DNA from: Eledone cirrhosa
Taxonomy: Eukaryota
Direction: 5' to 3'
Length of the DNA: 64,000 bases
Assembly: GCA_964016885.1 (NCBI GenBank)
Contig: OZ024744.1
Location: 71,672,001 to 71,736,000 of the forward strand
A program made the position numbers and the translations under genes. Positions 42,892 to 58,512 of this stretch are shown piece by piece (positions within the stretch are counted from its first letter, which is position 1; each line of letters opens with the position of its first letter). Below the pieces are notes generated by a model that was not told the DNA's origin, searched no databases, and worked only from the letters and a program-made list of their open reading frames with translations.

Positions 42892-43800
42892 AAATATGAA
42901 ATGTAAATCTGAGTTTTTCGAATATTAATAATAATATTCGATTCGTTTGAAATTATGCAAACAACCTCTTAAGCCATATAAGTAGAATACCCCATTCTGT
43001 TTATATGCCAACACAAGAGCACGCACACACAATTGGTTTCCTACCGGACATGTGGTTTAGATTGTGCATATGCACATCCAGGTGCGAGATTTTCGTTCAG
43101 GCAACTATATACGTAAGGTAACTTACGCTATTAACATAAGATCTCGTTCGGTGCAAGTGTGTGTGTGTGTGTTGAATAATGAAAATAAAATGCGAAGATA
43201 GGTGCTTAATCAGTTTATTGTTTTAAGATCTCATTGTTTTAGTTATTCTTTTGTTTATTGGAGTCTAAATATAATTATATATATGTGTATGCATGCGTGT
43301 GTATCCATTTACACGTCTCTTGGTGTGAAATTATCTAATGTGGTTGTGGGTTTGTAATATTACTGTTAAATTGGTTGTTAAACGTATTGTCATATATTGA
43401 AGATTGTTTGGGATACGTATTATATGTATGTGTTTGTATATAACTACATGTATCCTGGTGTGGTTGTTTAAGGTGGTTGTATGTTTCTGATAGTACTAGC
43501 CTCAAGCATGTGTGTGTTCGTAAGTGGATATTTTCTGAACATCCCGGTCATACTGTTCAGATATCTTGTGGATGACCTAAAGCGCTGTAATATCCCGAAT
43601 TTCTCACTAATACAAAGCAAACAAATCTTTGTTCCTTTACTATACGGCTTCTTCCTACCCAGGGTGCTCCATTCTACAGCATATATGTTCATGTCTTTAA
43701 GCTCCATACGCAAGTATTATATATATATATTTAATGGCATCTATCTGTTTATGGTAAAGCCAATAATGTTGTTAGAACTCCATGTAGTCCTGGAGTAATA
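42892..43800 (-). mobile_element. Decayed PLE (family P-related) GIY-YIG C-terminus and pLTR
   Basis: EWSTLGRKKPYSKGTKICLLCISEKFGIL...YLN, the same protein type as family A. Confidence 0.75.
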
Positions 43801-43893
43801 ATTCCAACGGGATCAAGTGATGAGAGTTATTGATTTTATAAGAAGCCTTCACCATATCAGATTTCATTGTTCATTCTAAGCGAGCTACAGAGT

Positions 43894-44290
<397 letters not shown>

Positions 44291-44389
44291 GACTATTTGA
44301 TAGTAGTTATGTCACCACATATTATTAGTGACGATACTCCAGATCCATCAATCCATAGATAGATAGATAGATAGATAGATAGAGAGAGC

Positions 44390-45500
44390 GCGAGAGAGTA
44401 CTCAAACTGAACGGATACACGACATCCACCACAAACCGTGCCAGAAAGAACAGAGGACACCACACCCGAAGCACTAACACTTGCTTCCTGTAGCTCCCAC
44501 GCTTCAGTGAAGAAACAACAACAGCCATCCGCAGAGCTATCAGACGAGAGGGACTAGATATCCAACTGGCCCACTCAGGTCCTTCTCTACGCGGACAGCT
44601 AACCAAAAGACACTCCACCAGACATGACAACTGCTGCAGACTAGCCAACTGCCCCATCAACGACACAGCCCTATGCCACCAGGCTTACGTCGTATACAGA
44701 CTAGAGTGTGACAAATGCAACAATTTCTACGTAGGTAGCACCACCAGACCACTCCACATAAGAATAAAAGAACACCTCAATACTAACACTGCCTCATTTA
44801 AGAAACACCTAGTTAAATGCAAAAACACCGACAAAACCATAACAGTTAGGATGGAAACTAAGGAAAGAAACCTCGGCAATCTTAGAATTAAGGAAGCACT
44901 AATTATAGATAAAACACAACCACCAATCAATAATAGACTAAAACTAAACACCCAATATATAACCTGATAGAGTTTCTAGCCCCATATTTACACCCCCTCC
45001 ACACACACGCTTACACCTCCACTTATTCTCTCTCACACATACACACACAAAACCAGTTCTAACACCAGATAACACCTATCCCCCACATTTACGAATAGAC
45101 TTATCTTCTCACACTCACACACACACACTCACATACTTACACCTTCATGCATTCTCCCACACACTTAAACAGGCATGTATATAAAAAAAACAAAAAAAAA
45201 CAAAAACAAACCCTTTTTAAAGGGAGACTACTCTTTATCCACCTAATTTTAACTCTTTGACATTAGAGATAGAACAGATACTCTATACCATTTCCTGTCA
45301 GCATGACTTGGCAAGCTATTTAGAACGCTGGTTTGAGACCTTTATTTCCCTCTAAGGTAAAAGACTAATTGTCAACAATATCTTTTGCATTTGCATTCTT
45401 TATTCTTTGTCCATACCTGCATTGTTTTGGCTTTATTATACATATTCAAACGTTTATACCTCATTACACAATGCTTCAAGTGAACTATAACCTCCTCCTA
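44390..45500 (+). mobile_element. PLE 3' part related to family N (GIY-YIG and pLTR)
   Basis: AIRRAIRREGLDIQLAHSG...VVYRLECDKCNNFYVGSTTRPLHIRIKEH...EAL. The terminus CACAATGCTTCAAG is shared with about 57773. Confidence 0.88.
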
Positions 45501-45521
45501 TATATATATATATATATATAA

Positions 45522-47409
<1,888 letters not shown>

Positions 47410-47535
47410 ATATTAATAAATGGAAACTATATTTATAAAACCATATTTATTTTATTATACATATTTCAAGGGCCACCGAGGCAAATTATGGTGCGCTTAC
47501 ATGAGATAAAATACAATAAAGATTTGTTTTATAAA
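47410..47535 (-). mobile_element. Family O pLTR stub with decayed HHR
   Basis: The reverse complement matches 13735-13850. Confidence 0.7.
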
Positions 47536-47778
47536 TATATATACATATATATATACACATATATATACATATATATATAAATATATATATGTATACATAT
47601 ACATATATATATATATAAATATATATATATAAATATCTATATATATATATATAAATATATATATATATACATATATATATGTATGTATATATTATATATG
47701 TATATACACATATATATACACATATATATATATAAACATACATACACATATATACGTATATATATATATATAGTTGTA

Positions 47779-47817
<39 letters not shown>

Positions 47818-47818
<1 letters not shown>

Positions 47819-47915
47819 TCTACTACCCTAAGCATTGAGTACTCTAGTGCGTTATGGTCCATCTGGTTCCTTACCACACCTCCTTCGTGATATATATATA
47901 CATATATATATGTGG

Positions 47916-47947
<32 letters not shown>

Positions 47948-48185
47948 GAAAAGTGTCAGGACTCCGACGGCTGAGCTCCGGCAATTTCGTCGAGAGCTAC
48001 ATCCCGAGCTCTGCCGACGGGGTGCTGACTCTTTTCCTATTACCCATTCTACTACCCTAAGTATTGATTACTCGGGTGCACTATGATCCACCTGTAATTT
48101 TACCACACCCTCTTTGTGTGTATATATATAACAAATGAATTGTGGTAAGGAACCAGATGGACCATAACGTACCAGAGTACTCAAA
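47818..48185. mobile_element. Cluster of three family F pieces
   Basis: 47818-47890 tail only, 47944-48115 degenerate hairpin plus tail, 48135-48185 inverted tail. Confidence 0.75.
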
Positions 48186-49695
48186 ACTACTAATTGACCC
48201 TATCCAAAGCATCAATTGTTTTGCTATTTTTAGAAATGATGAAAATAGCATTTTCTAGTAATCATCACCATCAACATCACTTTTATTATTATTATTGTTG
48301 TTGTTGTTTTTAGTGGTCGTAGTCATAGTCATAGTAGGATTAATACCTCATTATTATTGTTCATTTAGCTTGGGTTTGAATTTATCAATAAAATTCTTTT
48401 CTTTGATTTTTCTCTTGATTTCACTTGGGCTGTGTAATTTGTAGAATGGGAATATTATAAATATTCTCTGACCACATGTTGCTAGATGGTTACTTAGGGG
48501 TATCTGACAGACATTTGGGTCTCTGATTTGCTGTCGGTGTACCCGTGCACGTTCCGATAGTGCATTTCCAGTTTGACCAACATATAGTTCTTCACAATTC
48601 GGGCATTTAATGCAGTACATTTGCAGTTCATATTTGCATTTGGGAATATTTTTCCAGTTTTTGTTTTCATATATTGACCGGCGTGTATGGATTGACATGT
48701 GTCACATCGACTATCATTGCATTTAGATACAGTGAATGATTGGTCTTTGTTGTTAATACATAACGAAACCAAATATAATATCACGACAAAAAGTTCATCA
48801 AGCAAACACCAACAGGAATATAAATCCCGAACAGAGAAAAATCCAATTTTTAACGTTAGGACAACAAAAACCGGAAAAAGAAAAACTCCAGGAGGAAACA
48901 TACCCAAAACAACTGTACACGTAGATCCTAAAATAATTAATGTATCCAAAAGAGATCTTGACAATGATGAAATGCAACTTTCGTCAAAAGAACTGAAATT
49001 CACACGGACTCCAACAGTCAACCACCAAGAACTGAAGGAGGATACCCAAGAATTCTGTCGAAAATTACGTCTTGTAGAATTCTTCGCTGATAAAAGTAAT
49101 GAGAGTGATGAATCACTAGTAAAGAATAAATCAAATTTCACTCCGCCAAAAGGAAGAAATATCTATCTCGACCAATACATTGACATCCTGTCTAAATTTC
49201 CTCTTAGACATAATACTAATGTTAGGCCAAACATTAACAAATCAGAAATGTCTGCACTTAAACGTATACAAAATGATAAAACAATAATAATTAAACAAGC
49301 AGATAAATGGGGTGCAGTTGTTATAATGGATGCTGAATACTACAAAGATTTGGTTGAGGAACAACTGAAAGATACAACATTCTATCATGAAATACCGTCA
49401 AATATAGACCACAACATCATGAAGAAGATCAACAACCTGGCTTCAAAATACCACAACTCATTTACTGATAAGGAAAGAGACTACATCACCAATTTTGAGC
49501 CAAAACCCAGCAACCTGTATGGCCTACCGAAAGTTCATAAGTCAAAAGAAATACAACTGGCAGTAAAAGAACAAAACAGTGAGTACATTAAATTACTACA
49601 CCCAAAAGACTTAAAACTTAGACCTATTATAGCTGGTCCAACATGTCCCACCCACAGTCTAAGCAATTTTGTTGACATTATTTTGAAACCACTAT

Positions 49696-49883
49696 TGGTA
49701 ATGGTGGATTGGCAGTATCGGTAGAGGGTCGGACGCCATGCTTTCCAGCATAGTTACGTCCCTTTACGTTCTTAGTTCAAATCCCGCTGAGGTTGACTTT
49801 GCCTTTCATCCTTACGGGGTCGATAAAATAAAGTACCAGTAATGCACTGGGTAATTGCTGGCCTTGTGCCTAAAGTAGAAACA
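49696..49883 (+). mobile_element. Full-length SINE with 19-bp TSD, inside the PLE RT
   Basis: TSD ATTATTTTGAAACCACTAT at 49677-49695 and 49884-49902. Confidence 0.93.
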
Positions 49884-51525
49884 ATTATTTTGAAACCACT
49901 ATGTATTCACATACCCAGTTTCATCCGGGATGATATCGACTTCCTGTCCCATCTTCCCAAAACCACGGAAACGAATTCACTTCTACTTAGTTTTGATGTG
50001 GTAAGCCTTTACACCAACATTACACAGGATTTAGGAATAAAGGCGGTTAAATACTGGGTGGAAAAACATAGAGAAGTGATTCCCATCAGATTCACAGCGC
50101 CATTTATATTAGACGCAGTTAAACTTATTCTGGAAAACAACACTTTTTTCTTCAATGGAAAGAATTACATCCAAATTTGAGGCACAGCGATGGGAACAAA
50201 GTTTGCTCCCGTTTACGCGAACTCTCTAATGGGATACTTAGAACAACAACTCTACCAAGAAATAGAGGAAAAATATAGCACTGAATTTAGAAAGTACATT
50301 GAAAAATCTTGGAAGAGATACTTTGATGACTGATTCATCATCTGGACAGAATCTCTAGATACTCTGGATGAGTTCAATATCCTCCTGAATAACCTACACC
50401 CATGTCTCCAATTCACAAAAGAGATGAGAAGTATCAAATTACCATTCCTAGATATAATGATAATCAAAAACGACACCACCATTACCACGGATATATATTA
50501 TAAACACACAGACACCCATCAATATGAATTTTAAGTCGTGCCATCCACCTCATACAAAACGCAACATCCCAGAAGAATTTGTACCATTGTAGAAGATACG
50601 AATACCAGGTACAAACGCCTAACAGAACTAAGAGAATTTTTGCTCAAACAAAAATACCCATCTCTACTTATAGAAAATGGCATACAGCGGGCTATAAAAA
50701 TACCTATACAACAACTTAGGACAACCCAAGGAAGAACTGGTCATGCCATTTATAATGACACACAACCCATGTCACCAGAATATCTTCAACACTGCCAAAG
50801 CAAACCTACCAATCATTGCTCAAAGTAATGAATTAAAAGGCTTAATCACAGATCGATCTTTGACTCTTAGTAAAAGACAGCCGAAAAATTTGAAGCAATT
50901 ACTAACAAAAGCAAAGTTTGACCTTAACAACAAAGACCAATCATTCACTGTATCTAAATGTAATGATAGTCGATGTGGCACATGTCAATCCATACATGCC
51001 GGTCAATATATGAAAACAAAAACTGGAAAAATATTCCCAAATACAAATATGAACTGCAAAACAGAAATATAATTTACTGCATTAAATGCCCGAATTGTGA
51101 AGAACTATACATCAGTCAAACTGGAAATGCACTATCGGAACGTGCACGGGTACACCGACAGCAAATCAGAGACCAAAATGTCCGTCAGATACCCCTAAGT
51201 AACCATCTAGCAACATGTGGTCAGGGAATATTTATAATATTCCAATTCTACAAATTACACAGTCCAAGTGAAAGCAAGAGAAAAATCAAAGAAAAGAATT
51301 TTATTGATAAATTCAAACCCAAGCTAAATGAACAATAATAATGGGGTATTAATCCTACTATGACTATGACTACGACCACTAACAACAACAACAACAATAA
51401 TAAAAATAATAAAAGTGATGTTGATGGTGATGATTACTAGAACATGTTATTTTCATCATTTCTAAAAATAGCAAAATATTGATGCTTTGGACAGGGTCAA
51501 TTAGTAGTCGTTAGATATGCTCAAC

Positions 51526-51605
51526 AAACCGTGACGCCTAAACCAATCATCTTTAGTAATCCAGATAAACCGTGACGCCTAAACCAATCATCTTTAGTAA
51601 TCCAG
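51526..51605. repeat. 41-bp tandem duplication in the family M pLTR, containing CCAAT
   Basis: AAACCGTGACGCCTAAACCAATCATCTTTAGTAATCCAG occurs twice. Confidence 0.85.
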
Positions 51606-51923
51606 TGAAACTACACACCGATTGGTCGAAATACAGTTTGCAAGATTTAGCATTCTGGAGCCACTTTTCACTGTATATAAGGCACAAAATTTACCCATCT
51701 CATTACAGTTGAAAATTGCAAACTTGACTGTCACCACACAATATGAACCTAAAGATTGCGAAAGCATGAACGTACTTGTTCAATTAACACTTAACATTTA
51801 ATATTCTATCATTCTAATACCATTATAAATTTTAAAGGATTGTAAATAAAACGAGTAAATCAGACAAAGTTGGAATTCCTTTTATTAATATAATCTTCTA
51901 TACACAATCATACACAGCCGTGT

Positions 51924-52058
<135 letters not shown>

Positions 52059-52091
52059 CATGTGTGTCTGTCTGAGTGTATGTGTGTGTGT

Positions 52092-52652
52092 ATCCCGGGT
52101 TCAATCGGGAGTAATCACAGTAAGTAGGCTACTCAATACATAGTAGACTATATACAAAAGTTAATATAGAAATACCTTCTACAGGACAAGAACTGTTTCA
52201 TTCAGGGCTTTCTTGATGAGTTCTTTCACGTGAAACAGTTCTAGTCCAATTGAGTTTGTTTCCTGATGATTTCGAAACTCGTGAATTTATCCTTGATCGG
52301 ATATTTCCAAAAAGCGAATGAAACTTCATGGGGTAGAGACATAATTTTGGTATGCTTATATACATTTTTTCTTTTAACTTTGATTTTGTACCTAATTGTG
52401 TATGATTGGCTATATATCTAATCGATTTCCACGGGCTATTAGAAATACTGGGTAAATATTCTGTGGCAGGGTAAATATTCTGGCTGTTGATCGCGGATAA
52501 AATAGCTATCGTTTATTTATCTATTGTTTCTTCATAGGTGCTTTTTAAACTTATAGCCTTGTTTAATTGATTTTTTTGTGTGGTTGATTATGCTGATTGG
52601 GAGAGTAAATACTGTATATATTTTATCAAATGATTCTATGGTTGTACTTTCT

Positions 52653-52724
<72 letters not shown>

Positions 52725-52790
52725 CAAGAAAGTACGACCATAGAATCATTTGATAAAATATATACAGTATTTACTCTCTCAATCAGCATA
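52092..52790. mobile_element. Family K-related pLTR mosaic with several HHR-like remnants and an inverted terminal repeat across (TA)n
   Basis: 52092-52205 is an inverted homolog of 38220-38330. TTGATGA..GAAACAG at about 52214-52240 and CTGATGA-TTTC-GAAAC at about 52263-52278. 52589-52655 is the reverse complement of 52724-52790. Confidence 0.55.
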
Positions 52791-52816
52791 TATATATATA
52801 TATACGCTAGTATGGG

Positions 52817-52904
<88 letters not shown>

Positions 52905-53437
52905 ATAGTGATTTTTTGTCCCCTGTGTGTGTATATATATATAGTGATTTGGCTACACACATTGGCTGTTATGATTATATGAGTGCTTTTGTGTATATGT
53001 GTGTTTGCGTAAATTATATTTATATATATATGTATGTTTATTTAGAAAGATACATAGACAATAGAATTACAAACACACACATCTACACATACATATATAT
53101 AAACAGACACACTTAGAAGAAATAATTATTACATATACACACATCTATGTGATAACTGAAAAACGAAGGATGGTGAGAAACTATAGAAGTCCAGCGTTCT
53201 AAAATTCGTCACACGTGTGTGTATGTGTAGCGAGTTGACTACACACATTGGCTGTGTGTTCGTGTGTTTGTATCACTTGAGGGAGTGAGCCCGACTGATC
53301 CAACCAACCAACAAAGAAACATCTATTTTTTTATATTATGTATAGATATTACAATTAGCCGTCATTTTTGACTGGATGGGGCTAGCGAGTATATATATAT
53401 ATATCATCATCATCATCCTCATCATCATTAGCATAGG

Positions 53438-53483
<46 letters not shown>

Positions 53484-53653
53484 AATGAATAATAACACCA
53501 TAAAAAGGTAATTTATTCCGTGTGCTTACAAATGTTTCCACAGTGGTACTACAGCCTAGTTATGCTATGTGCAAATTTACAAGAATTTGCAGAACTCAAA
53601 TATCCAATGCTGTGACCACTGTATCCATCACTACATCTTGGGTAATCCTATAC

Positions 53654-53711
<58 letters not shown>

Positions 53712-53717
<6 letters not shown>

Positions 53718-54433
53718 AGTTAATATAAATTAATATATTTGATAAACACAAATACCAACATATCCGTGTTTGTACTGTAAAAGTACACGGCTAAGAAATA
53801 CTTCTTTCTTTGAGCTATTTCATTGTAAAGGACTGCCTGAGTTTTGAACTCATTATTAATAGTATCACTGCTCCTTATGTAGAGCTAACTTTAGCCCCAT
53901 ATAAACGGCTGTTATTTCTAGCAGCACGAGTATGCGGCAGCTAGACACTGGATAACCATGTGTGAAAAACCATGTGCGTTAAACAGTCTTTTTAAATATT
54001 TTGAAGTGAAACATACCAATTTTTCTGGTGCTTGCTGAGGGGATCTAAATGCGGTATTTTTTCACTTTTTCATTTTTCGAAACTTATTTGGATTTTAAGG
54101 TTTAAACCTGTCTACGGAACAGGTTTGATTTTGAAATTTAAATTTGTCCAAGCACCACGGCCATTTGCCTATATGTTTTGTTTTTATTGAATTATTATTT
54201 TAAATCGAGACAGGCAATTATATTATTATAATTATTAAAAATATTATTATAATTAGTATTTTTCAATCTAGCTAACTTAGTCATTTACAATACAAACACG
54301 GATATGTTGGTATTTGTGTTTATCAAATATATTAATTTATATTAACTTGTATCACACGGCTCAGAAATACTTCTTTCTTTGAGCTATTTCATTGTAAAGG
54401 ACTGCCTGAGTTTTGAACTCATTATTAATAGTA
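53712..54433 (+). mobile_element. Family R: 569-bp non-coding unit with terminal direct repeat and inverted 5' piece (retrozyme candidate)
   Basis: ACACGGCT(A/C)AGAAATACTTC... at 53785 and 54354. 53714-53780 is the reverse complement of 54284-54350. Flanked by (TA)n. Confidence 0.8.
54026..54157 (+). ncRNA. Type I hammerhead ribozyme, family R, with very long stem III
   Basis: TGGTGCTTG-CTGAGGG-...-GAAAC-(about 60-nt hairpin incl. AAACCTGT/ACAGGTTT)-GTC-CAAGCACCA. Perfect 9-bp stem I, with an A9G deviation. Confidence 0.75.
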
Positions 54434-54450
54434 TATATATATATATATAT

Positions 54451-55222
54451 ATCTAATTTGCTAAGCTGTCTGAACATAATGTTATACTCTGGGGTCTTAC
54501 CTCATATGAGTGCTAAAGCTACAAACCGAATAAGCATACACGCTAGCTTGGCCGTATACTAGAGCTTCGTCTATGCTGTACTAACATTTATATTTACTCC
54601 TAGAATTAACGATTAACTGATTGATTTTATTTGATGATTCTATTGATTAATTAATTGTTTAAGTTTGTTTGATAACTTCTAGTCGAGTGCTTTATTCGGT
54701 TTGAATAAGGGGATTCATTCCTTTATCTCAAATTAGAATACACCGCCTAAGCGGGGGTTACCTCCCTTCGGACAAAACCATGTGCCTGTGGCGACCTTTA
54801 AAGTCACAGCATACCCGCTTTGGCTAAGAACGAAAGACTTGCTGAAGAAGTAAATCCTATGTTCTGTCGTCAAAAACCATTATATTGCAGACCCCTGCAA
54901 TAGGAATTTGTCGATCATGGATTTGCAGAAACTTAGCGCTGTCGCTGCGTGCGATGTTGCGATCAATATTGTGGAAACACCATGTGGATTGTATATTTTA
55001 TACCCAGCCTCAGCGTTATGTTCAGGTCAGTAAAAAATCTTTACCTGGGTCCTGTATTTTCGTTGCTCTGGTGACTGCTATATCTAATTTGCTAAGCTGT
55101 CTTAACATAATGTTATACTCTGGGGTCTTACCTCATATGAGTGCTAAAGCTACAAACCGAATAAGCATACACGCTAGCTTGGCCGTATACTAGAGCTTCG
55201 TCTATGCTGTACTAAAATTTTT
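54451..55222 (+). mobile_element. Family Q: unit with about 140-bp direct terminal repeats (period 631)
   Basis: ATCTAATTTGCTAAGC... at 54451 and 55082. HHR-like remnant at 54842-54912. Flanked by (TA)n. Confidence 0.7.
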
Positions 55223-55344
55223 ATATATATATATATATATACAGTATATATATATATTTATATATATATAACCGATGCTAGCGTGGAATTTGGACGTTAA
55301 TCAATGATGATGATGATGATGATGATGATGATATATATATATAT

Positions 55345-57807
55345 CCATCTCGGATATACTTCACAAACACACACACACATGCGGAACACATAACCTAACC
55401 AAATCTCAACTCACCACTCTCTCCAACCTAAAATCGAAGAACCTCATCTATCTCCCCTCCGACAAGGGAAAAGAATTCTGCGTCATCAGCAGAGAGGCCT
55501 ACAACACCCTGGGCCTCCAACACCTTGACGATGACAACCTCTACCCCAAGGTCACAGGAATCACTCCCGCGCAGATAGAAGAACACATCAACTCCGCCTG
55601 GATCAACATCTGCGACCGGCGGAAGCTCCCGAAGAAGCTGAGATACAACCTCCTCACGAGGAACAGCAGACTACCCGCCTTCTACCACCTCGTGAAAACA
55701 CACAAACAGGGACCCGACCTGAAAATCAGGCCCATCGTATCGAGCGTGGAGGGACCACTCTACAAAATTTCATGGCTCCTAGCCAGAATACTCAAACTCA
55801 TCTGAGACACATTGCCGGGACACGTTAACAGCTCTGAGGAGGTGTTGAAGCGCCTGCATCAAATGGATCCCGACACCAGAAGGAATAACAGATATGCCTT
55901 CAGCCTTGATGTAGTCGCTCTCTACACCTCGGTCACGGTACTCCCGGCCGTCAATATACTAATGGAACGCGTCCAATCCACCGACCTACACTGCTTCGGG
56001 CTCACCACCACTGACATCCACCAACTCCTATCCATCGTCGTCGACCACACCTACTTCGGATTCCTTGACCAAATATACCAACAAACCCCGGGATTGCCCA
56101 TGGGATCAAGTCTATCAGGTGTGCTAGCGATCTCCTACATGGACAACCTCGAACGCAAGGCACTCAACGCCTGCCACCCCAACGCCGTAGCCTTTTTCTC
56201 AAGATACGTGGACGATATCCTCATCCTCACATCTTCCCAAGACACGGCGAACAGAATCTATGAGACGTTCAACAACACGGACGAGAACATTGACTTCAGT
56301 GTTGAACACCCCAACGAAGACGGGTCACTTGCCCTCCTCGACTTCCGAATCAACATCACGGAACAAGGAGGGATCCACTGCAACTTCTACAGAAAGGCAG
56401 CCTGCAGGGACCTATTCGTTCACTACAAGTCCGCCCTCCCTAACAGTGCCAAAAGAGGATACATCACGAACGAGATCGCGCGAATCAAAAACAGATGCAG
56501 CGATCCCGCGAGTGGTGTCACTCATACCAAGCGATTCCTCGAGGTGCTGGAGACGAACGGGTACCCTACCTCGATCACAGACAGAATAGGAGACACCAGA
56601 CGCAAGAGACAGAGAAAGACCCAAGGCAAGTGCTTCCTTAAAATGCCACACCTGGGCGAGAAAACCACCAACGCTATCCGCAAGGCTATACGGAGGGAGG
56701 GCCTCGACATCCACCTGGCCCACTCGGCCCCTCCCTGCGAAGATGCCTCTCCAGGAAACCCGAAAAATCTATTGACGCATGCTCCCCCAGAGACTGCCCG
56801 ATACGCCATGCTAACTGTTGCCTACGCACATACGTCGTGTATAAGATAGAATGTGACAGGTGCAACCAATACTACATAGGTAGCACAATTCGACCTTTGC
56901 ACATCCGGATCAAGGAACACACTAAAACCAGGGCCTCGTCTTTCCGGAAACACATAGACAAATGCAGAAACAAAGACGGAAGGCCCATTGTCACAATTCT
57001 AGCGACTGAAAGAAACGTCGGCACGTTACGTATCAAGGAAGCACTTTTTATCAAACGCCTGCAACCGCAAATAAACAACCGATTAGAGAGAAGCGAAATG
57101 AAATGGCTGGTTTAAGTTAACAAGCGATGCAACAACACACAACACACACACACACACACACGCAAACGAGACAACCACACACACACACGCACACACACAT
57201 TGTAGCATTCCACCATACGAACATACTACACTGCCAATACAGATGAACAAGGCAACAACACACACACATTCAAGCGAGACAACAACACACGCACACACAC
57301 ACACAGTAACATCTAACAAACAGGCAGAGAATGGACTGACAGCTAGCGCCATCCCACTCCCTCATTCGGCCGCTGACCTTTGTACGACCGACCCCATTTC
57401 ACGCGCACGCGCGCTCTGCCGAATACCTCAGATATTCAAATCAGCAAACAGCGAAAGACGCCTTCCGGACTTGTCCGACAGACAAACTTTTCCCCCACCC
57501 CGGAAAAAAACCCCAATTGATGGATGTGAATCCGAAATATATAGGGACTATTAAATCTCTCCCAAGGTAACTCTCTCTTGTGTTGTTATTTTTATTTTTA
57601 TCCTTTTACTCTTCCCTCCATTCTACACATCTCACACATCTTATACACACCACGCATCTCAACGTACACCCACTTACATCTCTCTCTCCACCACCGGACC
57701 TTGTTACCCGGAGATTTACCCATTTGCATTGTCGAGGCTTCCAAACGACTTATAGATATTTACTTATTGTTCCACAATGCTTCAAGCAAACTTCAATACT
57801 CTCTTAT
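55345..57807 (+). mobile_element. PLE family N (RT, GIY-YIG, pLTR), near full-length
   Basis: PSDKGKEF...FYHLVKTHK...IRPIVS...SLDVVALYTSV...GLPMGSSLSG...RYVDD...YKIECDRCNQYYIGSTIRPLHIRIKEH. HHR remnant at 57511-57546 (GGAT gtga ATCC GAAA TATATA GGG). Confidence 0.93.
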
Positions 57808-57829
57808 ATATATATATATATATACTCTC

Positions 57830-58512
57830 TAGCCCCGGTCCCTGGCCTGGCAGTGCTACCGAGGAAATCTACCAGTTCGAGACAAGCTCTAGAGGCACGC
57901 AATTGTACACTGCCCAGGCGTAACCGACCTGTGGAACTATGCAGAACAACTGCTGTCGCATATGGGACAAATCCAGTTGACTGCCGAGTCCATAGTAAGG
58001 ATCAAACCGCCAACTTCTTTCAAAAACGAAAGAGAAGCGGTTTTCCTCTGTGTAGTGACTATGGTAAAAGAGATTATATGGTGGACGAGATTGAGAGGAC
58101 TGAGGTCAGGTGGCTTTCTCTCCGGACAACAACTCATTCCCTTCTTTAGGTACCACTTTTGAAGGAGAATCAGAGTGGAGAGAGAGGCACTGCACCCCAG
58201 TAAATTTACTGAAAGGTGGGTGAATGTAGCAAAAATGGTCCGAGTGATTGGGCCTTCTCTGTTTATAAACCTGTAGGTTAAAGTAGAGAGCAAAAGTAAG
58301 AAAGGAGCACTTGCACAACACGCTCCTGAAGTTGAGGTTTGTTCTTTCGACGGGGTATTAAACAACCCATTTGTGGCGCCTCCCCCCTATTGGGGATTTC
58401 GATTGTTAAATTTGTTTGTTTCAATACTTTTACACGATTGTATGTACAATCCCCGGCATGTGTCCTTGTTTTGTCCCCCTATTTTGTGCGCCCTTGTGGC
58501 AAATAAAGAAAT
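57830..58512 (+). mobile_element. Tx1/L1-clade LINE 3' fragment
   Basis: SLAWQCYRG...LTAESIVRIKPP...KEIIWWTRLRG. The 3' end GTGGCAAATAAAGAAAT resembles the other copies. Confidence 0.85.

Noticed and set aside
48699-49724. 341-aa ORF as an intact gene
   Set aside because: It is chimeric: it starts in the inverted segment, runs through the PLE N-terminus and ends inside a SINE.
54745-54835. HDV-like ribozyme (CC-TCCCTTC-GG ... GGCTAA)
   Set aside because: The P1 3' strand does not follow P3, so the topology cannot be completed.
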